From assembly GCA_025603075.1 (NCBI GenBank), contig MU626296.1, positions 75,029 to 139,028 on the forward strand: a DNA stretch of 64,000 nucleotides, in the 5' to 3' direction. Shown here one piece after another: positions 53,525 through 64,000 of this stretch. A model generated the notes under the pieces. It ran no database searches and had not been told where the DNA came from. It saw only the letters and a program-made list of their open reading frames with translations. How positions within the stretch are numbered: position 1 is the stretch's first letter; each line of letters starts with the position of its first letter. The DNA comes from Neoconidiobolus thromboides FSU 785. Its lineage: Eukaryota; Fungi; Entomophthoromycota. The translations under genes were made by a program, and so were the position numbers.

Positions 53525-55467
53525 CTAAGGTTTGTTTAAAAAAGCTTCGAGTTCCTCGATCTCTTTTGGTATGTTTTGAGTCAAGTTTAAGTAATTACCA
53601 TTTTTTTCTATTAAAATATTATCTTCAATACGTATTCCTATACCTTGGAATCTTTTTGGATATTTATCATCTATTGGTACATATACTCCAGGTTCTATTA
53701 ATTAATTAATTAATTGCAGTTATTTACCTAAATTAAATATCCATCATATTCATATAGCTTACCTATAGTTACTAACATCCCAGGCTTTAAGTATTGTGTA
53801 CGAGTAGAGGAGGGAGTATCATGAATATCCAGTCCAAGGTAATGCCCAATATGATGTGGATAGAGTTTATCATGAACTTCATTGCGCGAAACATTAAATC
53901 CTAAAAGATTTAACTCGTCTTTTAACCAATCAATTGATTTGAATAATATATCATTCAGTGAATCATTATATAATTGAGTGTTGCAACGCTGATATATATA
54001 GTTTAATAAATTATGTTTATAAATTCAATAATATAAAGTTTTACCTCAATACATTTTTTTTGCACATTGAGTACTGCTTGATATAATTCTGCTTGGTCTT
54101 TTGTAAATCTTTTACCAACAGGCCATGTTCTTGTAACATCACTGTTGTATCCAAAATAGGCCTATAATTCAAAATTATAATTAAATAGATTGAGGCTAGA
54201 AAAATATTACTGCACCAGCATCCATCATTAAGAGTTTCCCTTTCCTTTTAAACTTTTTAATTATATTCTTATAAAAATATATACAATTTACTTCAAAGCC
54301 ATATTGTTTGAAACATAATGAAGAGATAAAGCATTTGTACCATTAGCTACAACTGGAACATAAGCATGACCTTGAGACCCCATCCTTCTAATTTCATTTT
54401 CGAAAGTGGATGCTATGTCATGCTCATTTATACCATCATTGAAATTTGATGTCAACTCCATTACCTAATATTGTATATTAAGTGGCTATAATATCATACA
54501 ATGTTTTTTAATACCTTAGCAAATCCACGTTTTGTTATTTCAGCTGCCTTTTTTATTAATTTGACTTCAGCTTCTGATTTATAAAGCCTCATCTCTTCTA
54601 TATTGGCTTTCAAATTTTTGACTTTAAAATTAAGCTTTTCTAAAAAGTAGTTATAAAATAATAAAGGCTTATATTTGACTTACGTTGGTTTAAATAGTTT
54701 GTTATGTTGTATTCAGTTGAGTTCAATTCAATAGGTTTTTGTAAGTCTATATATATAGTCTTTGCTTTATTTAATATTGGTTTTATTAAATTTGTAAATT
54801 CTTTAATATCAATAGTCTAAAAATTAGTTACTTTTGTTTAAAAGAGAATAGTTAATTTACCTCGTCTGCCCCAAAATAGTTTTTCCCTTCGTCTAAGCCA
54901 CATTTAGGACCTTCCCAAAGCTCTATATCTGCAGATTTTGGTTCAATAAATAAACCCATTTTATACTTACGTTGTAAATTACTATCTTTAACTATAAAAT
55001 TTAATCAACATAAGTTATATCTAAAAAATAGATGAAAATACTCAGAACTAAAATCGAGTTTGGTTGGTCGAATCCACATAAATAAAGTAAATTTGGGTTT
55101 TGATGAAATGGATAAAAAATATTATTGGATCGAAATTTTAAACGATGACCAAATACTAAAACTACAGAGCCTTCTGGGATCTTTTCTAGTAATTTTAATC
55201 GACGGAGTTCAAGTTCATCTTTAGTTATTCCAACCAGAACTAATAATAGTGTTAATTATTTTAATATATAAATAAGTTTAAAATACTTTGATCTTTTTGT
55301 AGTAGATGTGGATGAGTTTTAAATGAAGGCTGTCCAAGGTGGTTCGAAAAACTCGAATAATAGCTTTTGTTAATTATTTTATTGTCATTTACTATTGTTT
55401 TATTAATTAAATTGTGCCATTTTGTTTTATTAGCTAAATGTAATAATGGTTTGTAATTCAACTTCAT
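53525..55467 (-). CDS. ICP55: Mitochondrial intermediate cleaving peptidase / Xaa-Pro aminopeptidase (M24B), multi-exon
   Basis: Basic presequence-like N-terminus, [42 protein letters not shown]-like segment, [29 protein letters not shown]. Mostly missed by the ORF track. Confidence 0.9.
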
Positions 55468-55722
55468 ATTAATTAAATTAACAAAAATTTAAAATCATAT
55501 TTAGAAATTGTATTTACTTTCGTTTTATGCAAAATTTTATAAACTAAATGAATGATGGAATTTATAAGTATAATAATTAATTTTAAAATTCTAATAATAA
55601 CAATCATTATCTATTTTGTATTTGAAATGCTTTATAGTATTTAAGTTCATATTTATAATATTATAAAATCATTAATAAAAAGGCAAACATAATGATTATT
55701 TTATAAAATCCTTTTATGTAGA

Positions 55723-56667
55723 TTAAGAAATATCTTCAGTCACTGTTACTAAGCTATAAATCTCTTCTTTTCTTACAGCTAAAAATAATTAGTTTAAATT
55801 TTTGTATTAATCAATAACTTACGGGTAACTCCAGAAGGAAATTGGTATCTACGGGAGCGTTGAGGCTTTTCATTTGGTTTATAGTAATTTCTAAGAACAT
55901 CAACTTTTTTTCCTTCGTCTTCAATAACAACTACATCTACATTAGAACCAGAGCCAAGGTCATTGAAAATACCAGCTTTAATAGCATCAGAAACAAGCTC
56001 GATAGCTTCTTGTTTCTCAAGATTAGCCTTGTAACGTGATTCAAATACAGACATTGCTGCTAAAGAACCCGACCCCATTGTAACAAATGGAAGTTTATCA
56101 GTAGAACCATGTGGATAAATAGTATATAGATGAGGACCCTTAGCATCGATCCCGCCAAGAATTAATGCAGCCCCTATATGACCTTGGTGCTTAAACAAAT
56201 GCTGTTTCAATAAAGTCATTGCAGTTGCTACTCTAGATGAACGTCCACTAGAAAGACGATGTAATTCAAGTTGAGATGAGATGAGAGAAGTGGTAAATTC
56301 AGTATCTGCAGCAGTACCTGCACCGCAACAATAAATATTTGGTGCAATATAATGAATTTTTTCGCAGTTTTTATCTGCAACAATTGGTCCATTAGTAGCT
56401 CTGGTATCTGCTCCTAACACTATTCCATCCTTTATTTGTTAGTTACAGGATTATTACATGGATGAATTTATTACTTTAAAAATTAATCCAACGATAGTAG
56501 TACCAGTCTTAGTGGCATTTGGAAGTACTGCTCCTTTACTTTGAAGAAAATCGTTTCTTCAAATACTATTTAATTCTTATTTATTTTATGTAAAAATCAA
56601 AATACCTTTTTACATTATCGAAAGAAAATCCGCCCTTTTGTTTATTATAAATTCGAGTATCTGACAT
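55723..56667 (-). CDS. PUP1: 20S proteasome subunit beta-2, 4 exons
   Basis: GGFSFDN propeptide, KTG/TTIVG cleavage site, [55 protein letters not shown]. Confidence 0.97.
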
Positions 56668-56956
56668 CTTTTGACAAAGCTTTAATAAGAGTTATATATT
56701 ATTAGGATATAAGAGTGTACCTTAAATAAAAATGAGAATTGAAAAATGCTCAGTGTATTTTGGTCTGTTGATTACGTAGATTACTTGGTATACTTTTTGA
56801 TTAAGAAATTATTTTAATTCAACCAATACAATATAATTGGATGTAATTGAGCAGAAATTTATTTCTGCAAAAATTATAGAATCTGAAATTATTGGTTCAA
56901 ATTTTAAATCTATTTACATAAAAGTAAAGGTTCTACAACAAATCTTTTAATTAAAA

Positions 56957-57471
56957 ATGGGTAGATTAGCTCGCAAAAGACAACATAAAAATATTCGTGA
57001 TAATAGCCGAAAGTACAGAACTAGAGCTAGAACTAGAGACTTGGACCAAATACATGACGATTTAAAAGAAGGTAAAAAAGAAAGCTTATTAAACCAGGAG
57101 TTTAATCCTGATTTACCTGGTGCAGGACAGTTCTATTGTGTCGAGTGTAGGTAAAGCAAACTATTTAAACATTAGCTTTTGATTTGATTAAAAAACAATT
57201 AGTCGACATTTTATAGATGAGCGTTCATTAAAAGAACATACTCGTAGTAAACAACATCGTAGAAGGTATTTTATTAAAGTTATTTGTAGATTTATTTAAA
57301 AAAAAAAGACTTAAGGATCTTAAAGACGGTCCATATACACAAAAAGATGCTGAAGCTGCAGCAGGTTTGGGCACTGATAACGGGGTACGCTCTGAAAAAG
57401 TTAAAGAACTTGTTCAAAATCAAACTACTTTCACAAATCAAAAGTCAACAGAGCCAGAAGTATACTATTAA
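56957..57471 (+). CDS. BUD20: Bud20/ZNF593 C2H2 zinc-finger ribosome biogenesis factor, 3 exons
   Basis: [33 protein letters not shown]...[29 protein letters not shown]. Confidence 0.93.
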
Positions 57472-57649
57472 GCAATTTGTTTGATTTAAAAGAATATTCT
57501 TTGATATTTCCGTGTTATTACTTAAATATAGATTATTTTATAATAGTTGCTATTATAATATAGAGTTTTTTAAATATATTAATATTAAATAAACTTAATA
57601 TTCATTACTTGATCCTATTACTATCGAGGTTGACTACCGTTTATGAACT

Positions 57650-57750
57650 TTATGGGAGTGTCTTTTTCGATATCATCGTTTTACTATTTTTAAAGATCTA
57701 TTATGTGGAAAACTTTTTAGTGAATTTCTTTAAAAAAGACAGCCCCATAT
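57650..57750 (+). mobile_element. MITE family A copy (diverged interior)
   Basis: ttatGGGAGTGTctttttcgatatcatcgttttactatttttaaagatctattatgtggaaaac...ACAGCCCCatat. Confidence 0.72.
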
Positions 57751-58019
57751 GATGTTCGATTACATATCTATTAAATCCTAAATTTTATTAATGCATGAGA
57801 TAAAAGCTTAGGGACAGTGATTTGAATTATTTTATATTAAATTATTTTTACGAATTATTTCATAATCATATACTATTGAAAATGGTATTTACATGAATTA
57901 ATAATTAGCTCTTATATGAATAGTTGAAATTACAATCCTTCAACTATAATTTCATAATTATATACTAAAGGGATAAATAAAGTAGTCATATCAAGCAGTT
58001 TATTTTATATACATGGGTA

Positions 58020-58409
58020 TCAACATATTTCATTAGATGATGAGCTTATATCAGGAGCATTGAGAGGATGAGCATTTGAACAATGACTACCAAGTCTACA
58101 TTCTCCCTTAAGGTATAATTCACATGGAACTGAACTCTTTAATTTATGGTACCTTCTCGGACTACATGTTACACCATTGCATGGAGGTGGCTTAAAAGTA
58201 GCTATAAGGATATTGTGGGAAAATTTACACATAGAGCCGAGTGTACAATCTCCTCGTTGAAAAAAAGGGCAAGGTTCTTTAGATATAGATTTGGCTCTTA
58301 GTCGCTCACGAAGGATACGTATTTTTTTGCGGACTATAGGATCATTAAAGTCGATAGTAATGTCAATTTCTGGGACTGAAAAAGCCTTTTCGTGAACTCG
58401 ATGTGCCAT
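58020..58409 (-). CDS. Small intronless tandem CCCH zinc-finger protein, 129 aa
   Basis: Two C-x7-C-x5-C-x3-H motifs: CPFFQRGDCTLGSMCKFSH and CELYLKGECRLGSHCSNAH. Confidence 0.8.
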   Translation of the reverse strand: MAHRVHEKAFSVPEIDITIDFNDPIVRKKIRILRERLRAKSISKEPCPFFQRGDCTLGSMCKFSHNILIATFKPPPCNGVTCSPRRYHKLKSSVPCELYLKGECRLGSHCSNAHPLNAPDISSSSNEIC

Positions 58410-59946
58410 ATTTATTAAAGAGTTTTAAGATTGATTGGTTTTGTATTTTATACTCTTTAAAAATGAACTTGTCAGCATGCATAAAATCATATGGCTTATG
58501 TATTTGGGTTTTAACTCTAAATCGAACATGAATGGGAAAATCCTAAAAAAAATTATCCAATCAAACTCGAGAATTCACTACCAATTAACTTGGATTTAAC
58601 TTGGATTTGGATTAGTTTTATCAATGGTAAATTAGTATTTTATATGAACATTATGGCTGTCGTAGCTTTATTGCAACTTTTTAGCGGTAGTTTTTAAAAC
58701 CAATTATTTTTTTAGTTGATTTTTTAAAACTAATTTATAAGTTTTGGCCTGACTTTAGATAAACTTTACTCTTGAAAAGTGATTAAATAGATTGCTATAG
58801 AGCCTCGACAGCTTTATAGACTTATTTAAAATAGAAATTAGCTTTCTACGAAGTTACGTGGATTGAGGTGACTCAATATTAAATATGTAAATTGTACGGC
58901 TTGATATTAGACTGTTTAAGCCTAAGGTTTAGCTATTATCGAATTTATATTTTCCAAGTTCAAAATTAAGCATAAATCAAATATCTTTATAGCACTCTAT
59001 AATTAATTTGTATATTATGTATGGAGGGAACGTTTTCAAACAATTTTAAAATTTTATACTATATAGAAAATAGAAAACAAACAAACAAGGGAAGTTCTAG
59101 ATAGTACGTGGTATACTTTTTGATGAATAATGGACCCTAAATAAAACAACTTAATTGATTGATTTTTGGTTTCTTCAAGATTTAACTTTGAGCTTGAGCT
59201 TTCAACTCTTTAGAAATATAGTTCAAAAAACTTCACATAATTAAAAAATATAAAAATTAATGTAAAGTTCAAATTTTAAAGTTTAAATTAGTCAACTCAA
59301 AAAACAAAGCCAATTACGATAGTAGGTTTTTTTTAGAGCGTTTTTATTCGATTATTTTGGGCATACTATTTAGACACACCTAATAAATAAGGTGAGATTA
59401 GAAAAGCTATTTTCAAAAAACAAGATTTCAAACATATACATTTACTACTGCTTTGATTTAAACGTAGATTAGATGTTATCAATTTTTAATTGCTGAGTTT
59501 AATCATAATGGCTTTGCTTATTCTTATATTTGGAAAATGTAAAATTATAAATGCTAATCCACGTTTAAACGGAAGCATTAGGATGAAGAATTTTTGTTCT
59601 TTTTAACTTGAAGCTGCAATATTTAGACAAAGATTTTAACTTTATTACAAAAATTAGCATAAATGTGGCACGCTTGTTTTAAATTGTACATACAAGAGTC
59701 CATTGACATTTATATTATAATAAAAAGCTCAAAATATTAGTTAATCTTGATTATAAATTTGGGTAGTGCTATCACACTTTTGAACACCTGAAGTATTTAT
59801 TACTTTAGTAATAGAACGATAAGTTAAGTTAGAATCTCCAGAGCTTAAATTCATGTTCTGCAAAATTTAACTTAAATAAGAAATTTAATTCAAAATTAAT
59901 TTAATTTTAACTGTTTTATTTCTTAATTTTTTAAATTTACAACAAG

Positions 59947-60818
59947 ATGAGTTTTTTTGGTTTAAGGTATTTCCCATTTGATAATAAACTTAATCTAATT
60001 CTTTGAAAAGGAATTTTGGTAAATCTAGAGCAAAAAAAAACGATAGCCCAAGCTCATCCCCAACCTTACTTCAATACCCTCTTTTTTCGCAACGTTCATC
60101 ACAGTCCAATTCAAATGAAACTAATGCAGCAAGCTCTAAGTTATTATATTTGACTCCGCCATTTGTAACTGCATCTTTAGTAAAAGGGAATTTCAAACCA
60201 ATAGTTGCTTTGCCTAAATTCATAGACTTAGATGAATGGTTAGCTTCAAATATGTTCGACTTTTTTTTTTATCTTAATATGTTTTATGGAACTTTGTCTG
60301 ATTTTTGCACGCCAAAATCTTGTCCAGTAATGTCTGCTGATGCAGGGTAAACTTCATTTTATTTTATTTTATTAATTCATTAATTCATTTTTGAAGGATT
60401 GAATATGCTTGGATTGATAGCAACAAAAAAACCCATCGTATTCCAGCAAGTCAACATATAGACTTAGTTATGACTTCTTTACAACAAACAATTAACGACG
60501 AGTCTATATTTCCTACCAAAGCTGGTAATTATTAATACATGTTTATTTGCTTTTGTTTTATTTTACTTGATAGGTGCTGCATTTCCCTCTAATTTTAAAA
60601 ATACTATTTCAAATTTGGCAAAGCAAATATTTAGGGTCTATGCACATTTATTTCATGCCCACTATCCTACTATATTACATCTTAGCTCAGAAGGACATTT
60701 TAACTCTCAGTTTGCTCATTTTATTGCATTTAGTAAAGAATTCCAACTCTTGAATTCAAAAGATTTTACCCCACTTGCTGAGTTAATTACCGAATTGGAA
60801 GCCAATGGTATGTTTTAG
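59947..60818 (+). CDS. MOB2: MOB kinase activator, Mob2-like, 4 exons
   Basis: LVKGNFKPIVALPKFIDLDEWLASNMFDFF, CTPKSCPVMSA, DESIFPTKAG, QIFRVYAHLFHAH; first exon ATGAGTTTTTTTGGTTTAAG at 59947. Confidence 0.93.
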
Positions 60819-61198
60819 TATCTGTACAATTTATTATATCTAACCCGAATCAAATATAATAATAAATATTTCATAATAAGTTAATAAGTGTAATTATGTA
60901 ATCTTACTAGTAAATATACTCGATATTACATAATGACTTTAGTTATAAAAACAATAGCTATTTAACTAAAATAGCAAAGTAGAATAACCCATATTGCAAG
61001 TAGCAATAAGTCATTTGATTTGTCAGTGCTTTTAGATCAATGAAGTATTTTCAAATACAAAAACAAAACAACGATCATTATCTTGATTTAATTAATTGAC
61101 AAAAACTAAGTTTAAAGTGTCTTAAAATAGAACATGTTATAAACAAACATATAACTCCTATCTCTAATTTTATTATTTAAAAACATGTGCCTATTAAA

Positions 61199-62183
61199 TC
61201 AATGACCTTTACTTTCGTAAATGACTGAAGAATGTTTGAAGTTTGCAGGATAAGAAGATAAACGATGGCTACTTCTCAAAGTTGAACGAGCGCTATATCT
61301 AATATTACTATATCTAACATTACTATTCCTAATGCTACTATTTCTAATGCTACTATTCCTGATACTACTGTTTTCATTATCTATATAATAATTAATAAAC
61401 AAACAATAGTAGTTTAAAAAATTACTTAATTGGTACATATTAATGAACTTGAACATTGATTTTTCTGCTCTCTCTTGGTCTTTAACTATTTGTATTAACA
61501 TCATACTTGATAGGAAAGCAACAATTCCAGCGAATACATAAGCAAATAGTACACTATAAATATTTTGCAAATAATCATTTATAAACTCAAACACGCTTTC
61601 TGAGCAACCAGGAAACTCTTGATTCTCAGTTGCTTCTTGAGTACAACTTGAATTTATTACTGGGTTATCTTCACTATTGAGAAATCCACAACAACTTCCC
61701 TTTAAAATATTAAATAAAAGATATTGATAATTAACAAGACTTACTAAGCTTTGAAATTCTATCTTCATGGTATCAGGCCAGCTATACCACCTATTTTCAT
61801 AACTTTGTCTCACATTTAATGACTCAAACCAAATGTATGAACCCAGAAATAAAGTCATAAGTATAGCTATAGTCAATAAAGTGACGTTTGTATTTAGCGC
61901 ATATTTTGAAAGTCTATTGCTAAATAACCCAAAAAATGCCGTTAAACTTGCCAATATCATAAAACAAGCAATAAATATTGAAACTATATATAATTGTAAA
62001 TCAGTTTATAATGAAATAGCTTAAATTACTATATAATTGTCCAACTGAAACCAAAGCAGCCCTTCTCATCATTGGTGTTAATAAAAAATAGTCAGCAACA
62101 CAAAGTGCAATTATACCCGCTATTAAATAAAAAAAATGTATACTTAGTAATGAGTTCCTTAGCGTTTTAGATAAACTAGGCAT
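61199..62183 (-). CDS. Fungal tetraspanin with extended repetitive C-terminal tail
   Basis: Four TM segments; large extracellular loop with CCG (GSCCGF) plus two further Cys (SSC, FPGC); ATG at 62183 (MPSLSKTLRN). Confidence 0.85.
61292..61372 (-). repeat. Coding 15-bp tandem repeat (about 5.4 units) in the tetraspanin tail
   Basis: Units encode NSSIR NSSIR NSSIR NSNVR YSNIR YS. Confidence 0.85.
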
Positions 62184-62684
62184 TTTGATAAAGAATGATA
62201 ACAAACAGTTAATTTTGTGTTTATTTGAACATATCATTTCCCCACAATTGATATTATTATTTTTATAAACTTTAAAATATATCCTTTCTTCTATTTGCTA
62301 TATATTTTGAAATTATTACACCCATTCTATTATTATGTCTCTATTTTCATTACCTATGTCATATAATAGGTTAAAAAAGGTTTAACGGTATTTTTACACC
62401 TAAAACCTAAAAAGGAGTTAGCAATTCTAAGTATATTTTGCTTAACATGGTAAAAATTTAATTTTATAGCATTAATTATTTACCATATACATATTTTGTG
62501 GCTTAACTAGCCTAAAATTGCTTCCTATATTATATATTGTATTGTATAATATAATTTTGAATAAAAAATGCTACTTCAATTAATGTATATTTATGAATTT
62601 TAATTTGAAAATATTTTAAGACAATCAATTGGTTAAGTTAAAAAATATTTCAATTATGATGTATACCTATTTTTTACTTTCTAA

Positions 62685-63155
62685 ATGTCGAGTTTAACAG
62701 AATTGAAAATAAAAACAAATATTGTAAAAAGGTAAACATTAGAATAGAACTATAATGTTGAATTCGAATAATTTTCAAGGTTGTTTAAAGAGGAACAATA
62801 CTATTTAAAGGAAGTAGATATGTTGAAAGCAAAATTTGAAGCTTATAAATCTTCCCCAGAGTACGACGAATATGAAGCTAAGCAGATGGTAATAATAATA
62901 ATTAACAATATTTGATCGATTAAGTATTTTAGAGAGGTGCTATTGAAGAAACTGAACAGCTTTTACCAGATTGTAACAAGCGTTTGCAAGCAGCTTCTAA
63001 TGACTTGACTGAATTAATCGTATTTTAGATTAGTTTTAAACTATTTTGTATTAATGATTCAAATTTAGAAAGAAAAATATAATGATCCTAATCCACAAAA
63101 TCTCGAAGAGTTAAATGAAGCAACTGCCTTAATTCAAAGTATTATCATCAATTAA
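62685..63155 (+). CDS. RBL2: Tubulin-binding cofactor A, 4 exons
   Basis: Spliced: MSSLTELKIKTNIVKRLFKEEQYYLKE...DEYEAKQMRGAIEETEQLLPDCNKRLQAASNDL...ELNEATALIQSIIIN*; LKIKTxxVKRLxKE is the TBCA signature. Missed by the ORF track. Confidence 0.92.
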
Positions 63156-63797
63156 AAAGTTTACTTTTATTTTCATTATCGAGTGGCTTTTAACATCCAA
63201 TGTCTTAGTAAATAAAGATAGAAAAAAGTAGTCTTAAATAGCCAAACATAAAGTAAATTATAAGTCATGAGTAAACTTTAATTCTGAGCAATCAAAATAA
63301 TGACATTGCTATTAAGCTAACAGTATTTTTTATCAATTGTGGTAACAGTTATAATATTATAAACTATTATCTTAATTAAAGTTTTTTGATTACTCATTAA
63401 TAATGCTACTTCTTGAATTTGCAGCAAAGTTAGCTAAGCTTACATGGTTATAATAACGCTTGTATACAAAACATTTATATTTCACAGTTTCCAGTATATT
63501 AATAATTTTCAAATAATATTAATATACAAACGAAAGTATGGTGTTGAAACTAAAAATAACGAAGTGTTTTATAACCCTTTTGCACGTTATTAACTTAGCT
63601 CCAACCAATCAAATTGTTAGCCTTTTTTGTTTATTAAGTGTTAACTAAAGATTTCATATTATCAAAATTAAATAAATTGATATTGAAGAAATATGTTAGC
63701 TTTTTAAAGTAATTTCAGCTTTGTTTTTTTAAAAATTCAGCTAATTTAAATTTTAACAATAAAATTAGATAAAAATAATTAACAGTCTTAATTTATT

Positions 63798-63830
63798 ATA
63801 TGAGGCTGTTTTTTTTGGTTTCATTATTTT
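63798..63830 (+). mobile_element. Truncated MITE family A left end
   Basis: atatGAGGCTGTtttttttggtttcattatttt. Confidence 0.45.
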
Positions 63831-63914
63831 AAAATTTTTTAAAAAAGTTGTAATATTAACTTGTTTAATTTTGAAATATGAATCTTTAATTAATATTTAG
63901 TAATGTGAAATCTG

Positions 63915-64000
63915 GTACTCAGTGTTTGGAGTCAAGAACAGCTATTGCTGGGTTGACTACACTATAAGTCGAAAGGTCTTAGTTTATGTGACTAAGATAG
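63915..64000. ncRNA. Candidate structured RNA or element terminus (truncated by window edge)
   Basis: Nested stems AGTGT/ACACT, AGTCAA/TTGACT, CAGC/GCTG and a second stem CTTAGT/ACTAAG in a GC-richer patch; identity unknown. Confidence 0.3.

Noticed and set aside
58700-59000. Patchy similarity to the interior of element B
   Set aside because: Similarity is mostly A/T runs and no TIR was found; cannot be supported by eye.

Overview
AT-rich, gene-dense eukaryotic nuclear DNA with short (mostly 40-70 nt) GT-AG introns. It is fungal; an early-diverging lineage such as Entomophthoromycotina (Conidiobolus sensu lato) is inferred from the intronless class-A-like GPCRs, the PTS2-type citrate synthase and the intron style. 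About 23 mostly housekeeping genes can be assembled by hand: a GT8 3' end, ARPC5, TRP4, U2B''/U1A, RBX1, peroxisomal citrate synthase, RAM1, MCM3, two 7TM receptors, a KUP/HAK transporter, MET16, AP-3 delta, a GRIP golgin, tropomyosin, an MFSD1-like transporter, CCH1, ICP55, PUP1, BUD20, a tandem CCCH protein, MOB2, a tetraspanin and TBCA. Features the ORF track does not explain: (1) a heavily disrupted, intron-retaining THO2/THOC2 pseudogene of about 3.9 kb; (2) about 18 intergenic copies of a ~105-bp MITE-like element with GGGGATGT...ACATCCCC ends flanked by AT; (3) a second ~375-bp element with ~65-bp inverted ends; (4) a candidate structured RNA at the right edge. All assignments come from manual translation and remembered family motifs; no searches were run, so exon boundaries and degenerate repeat ends are approximate.
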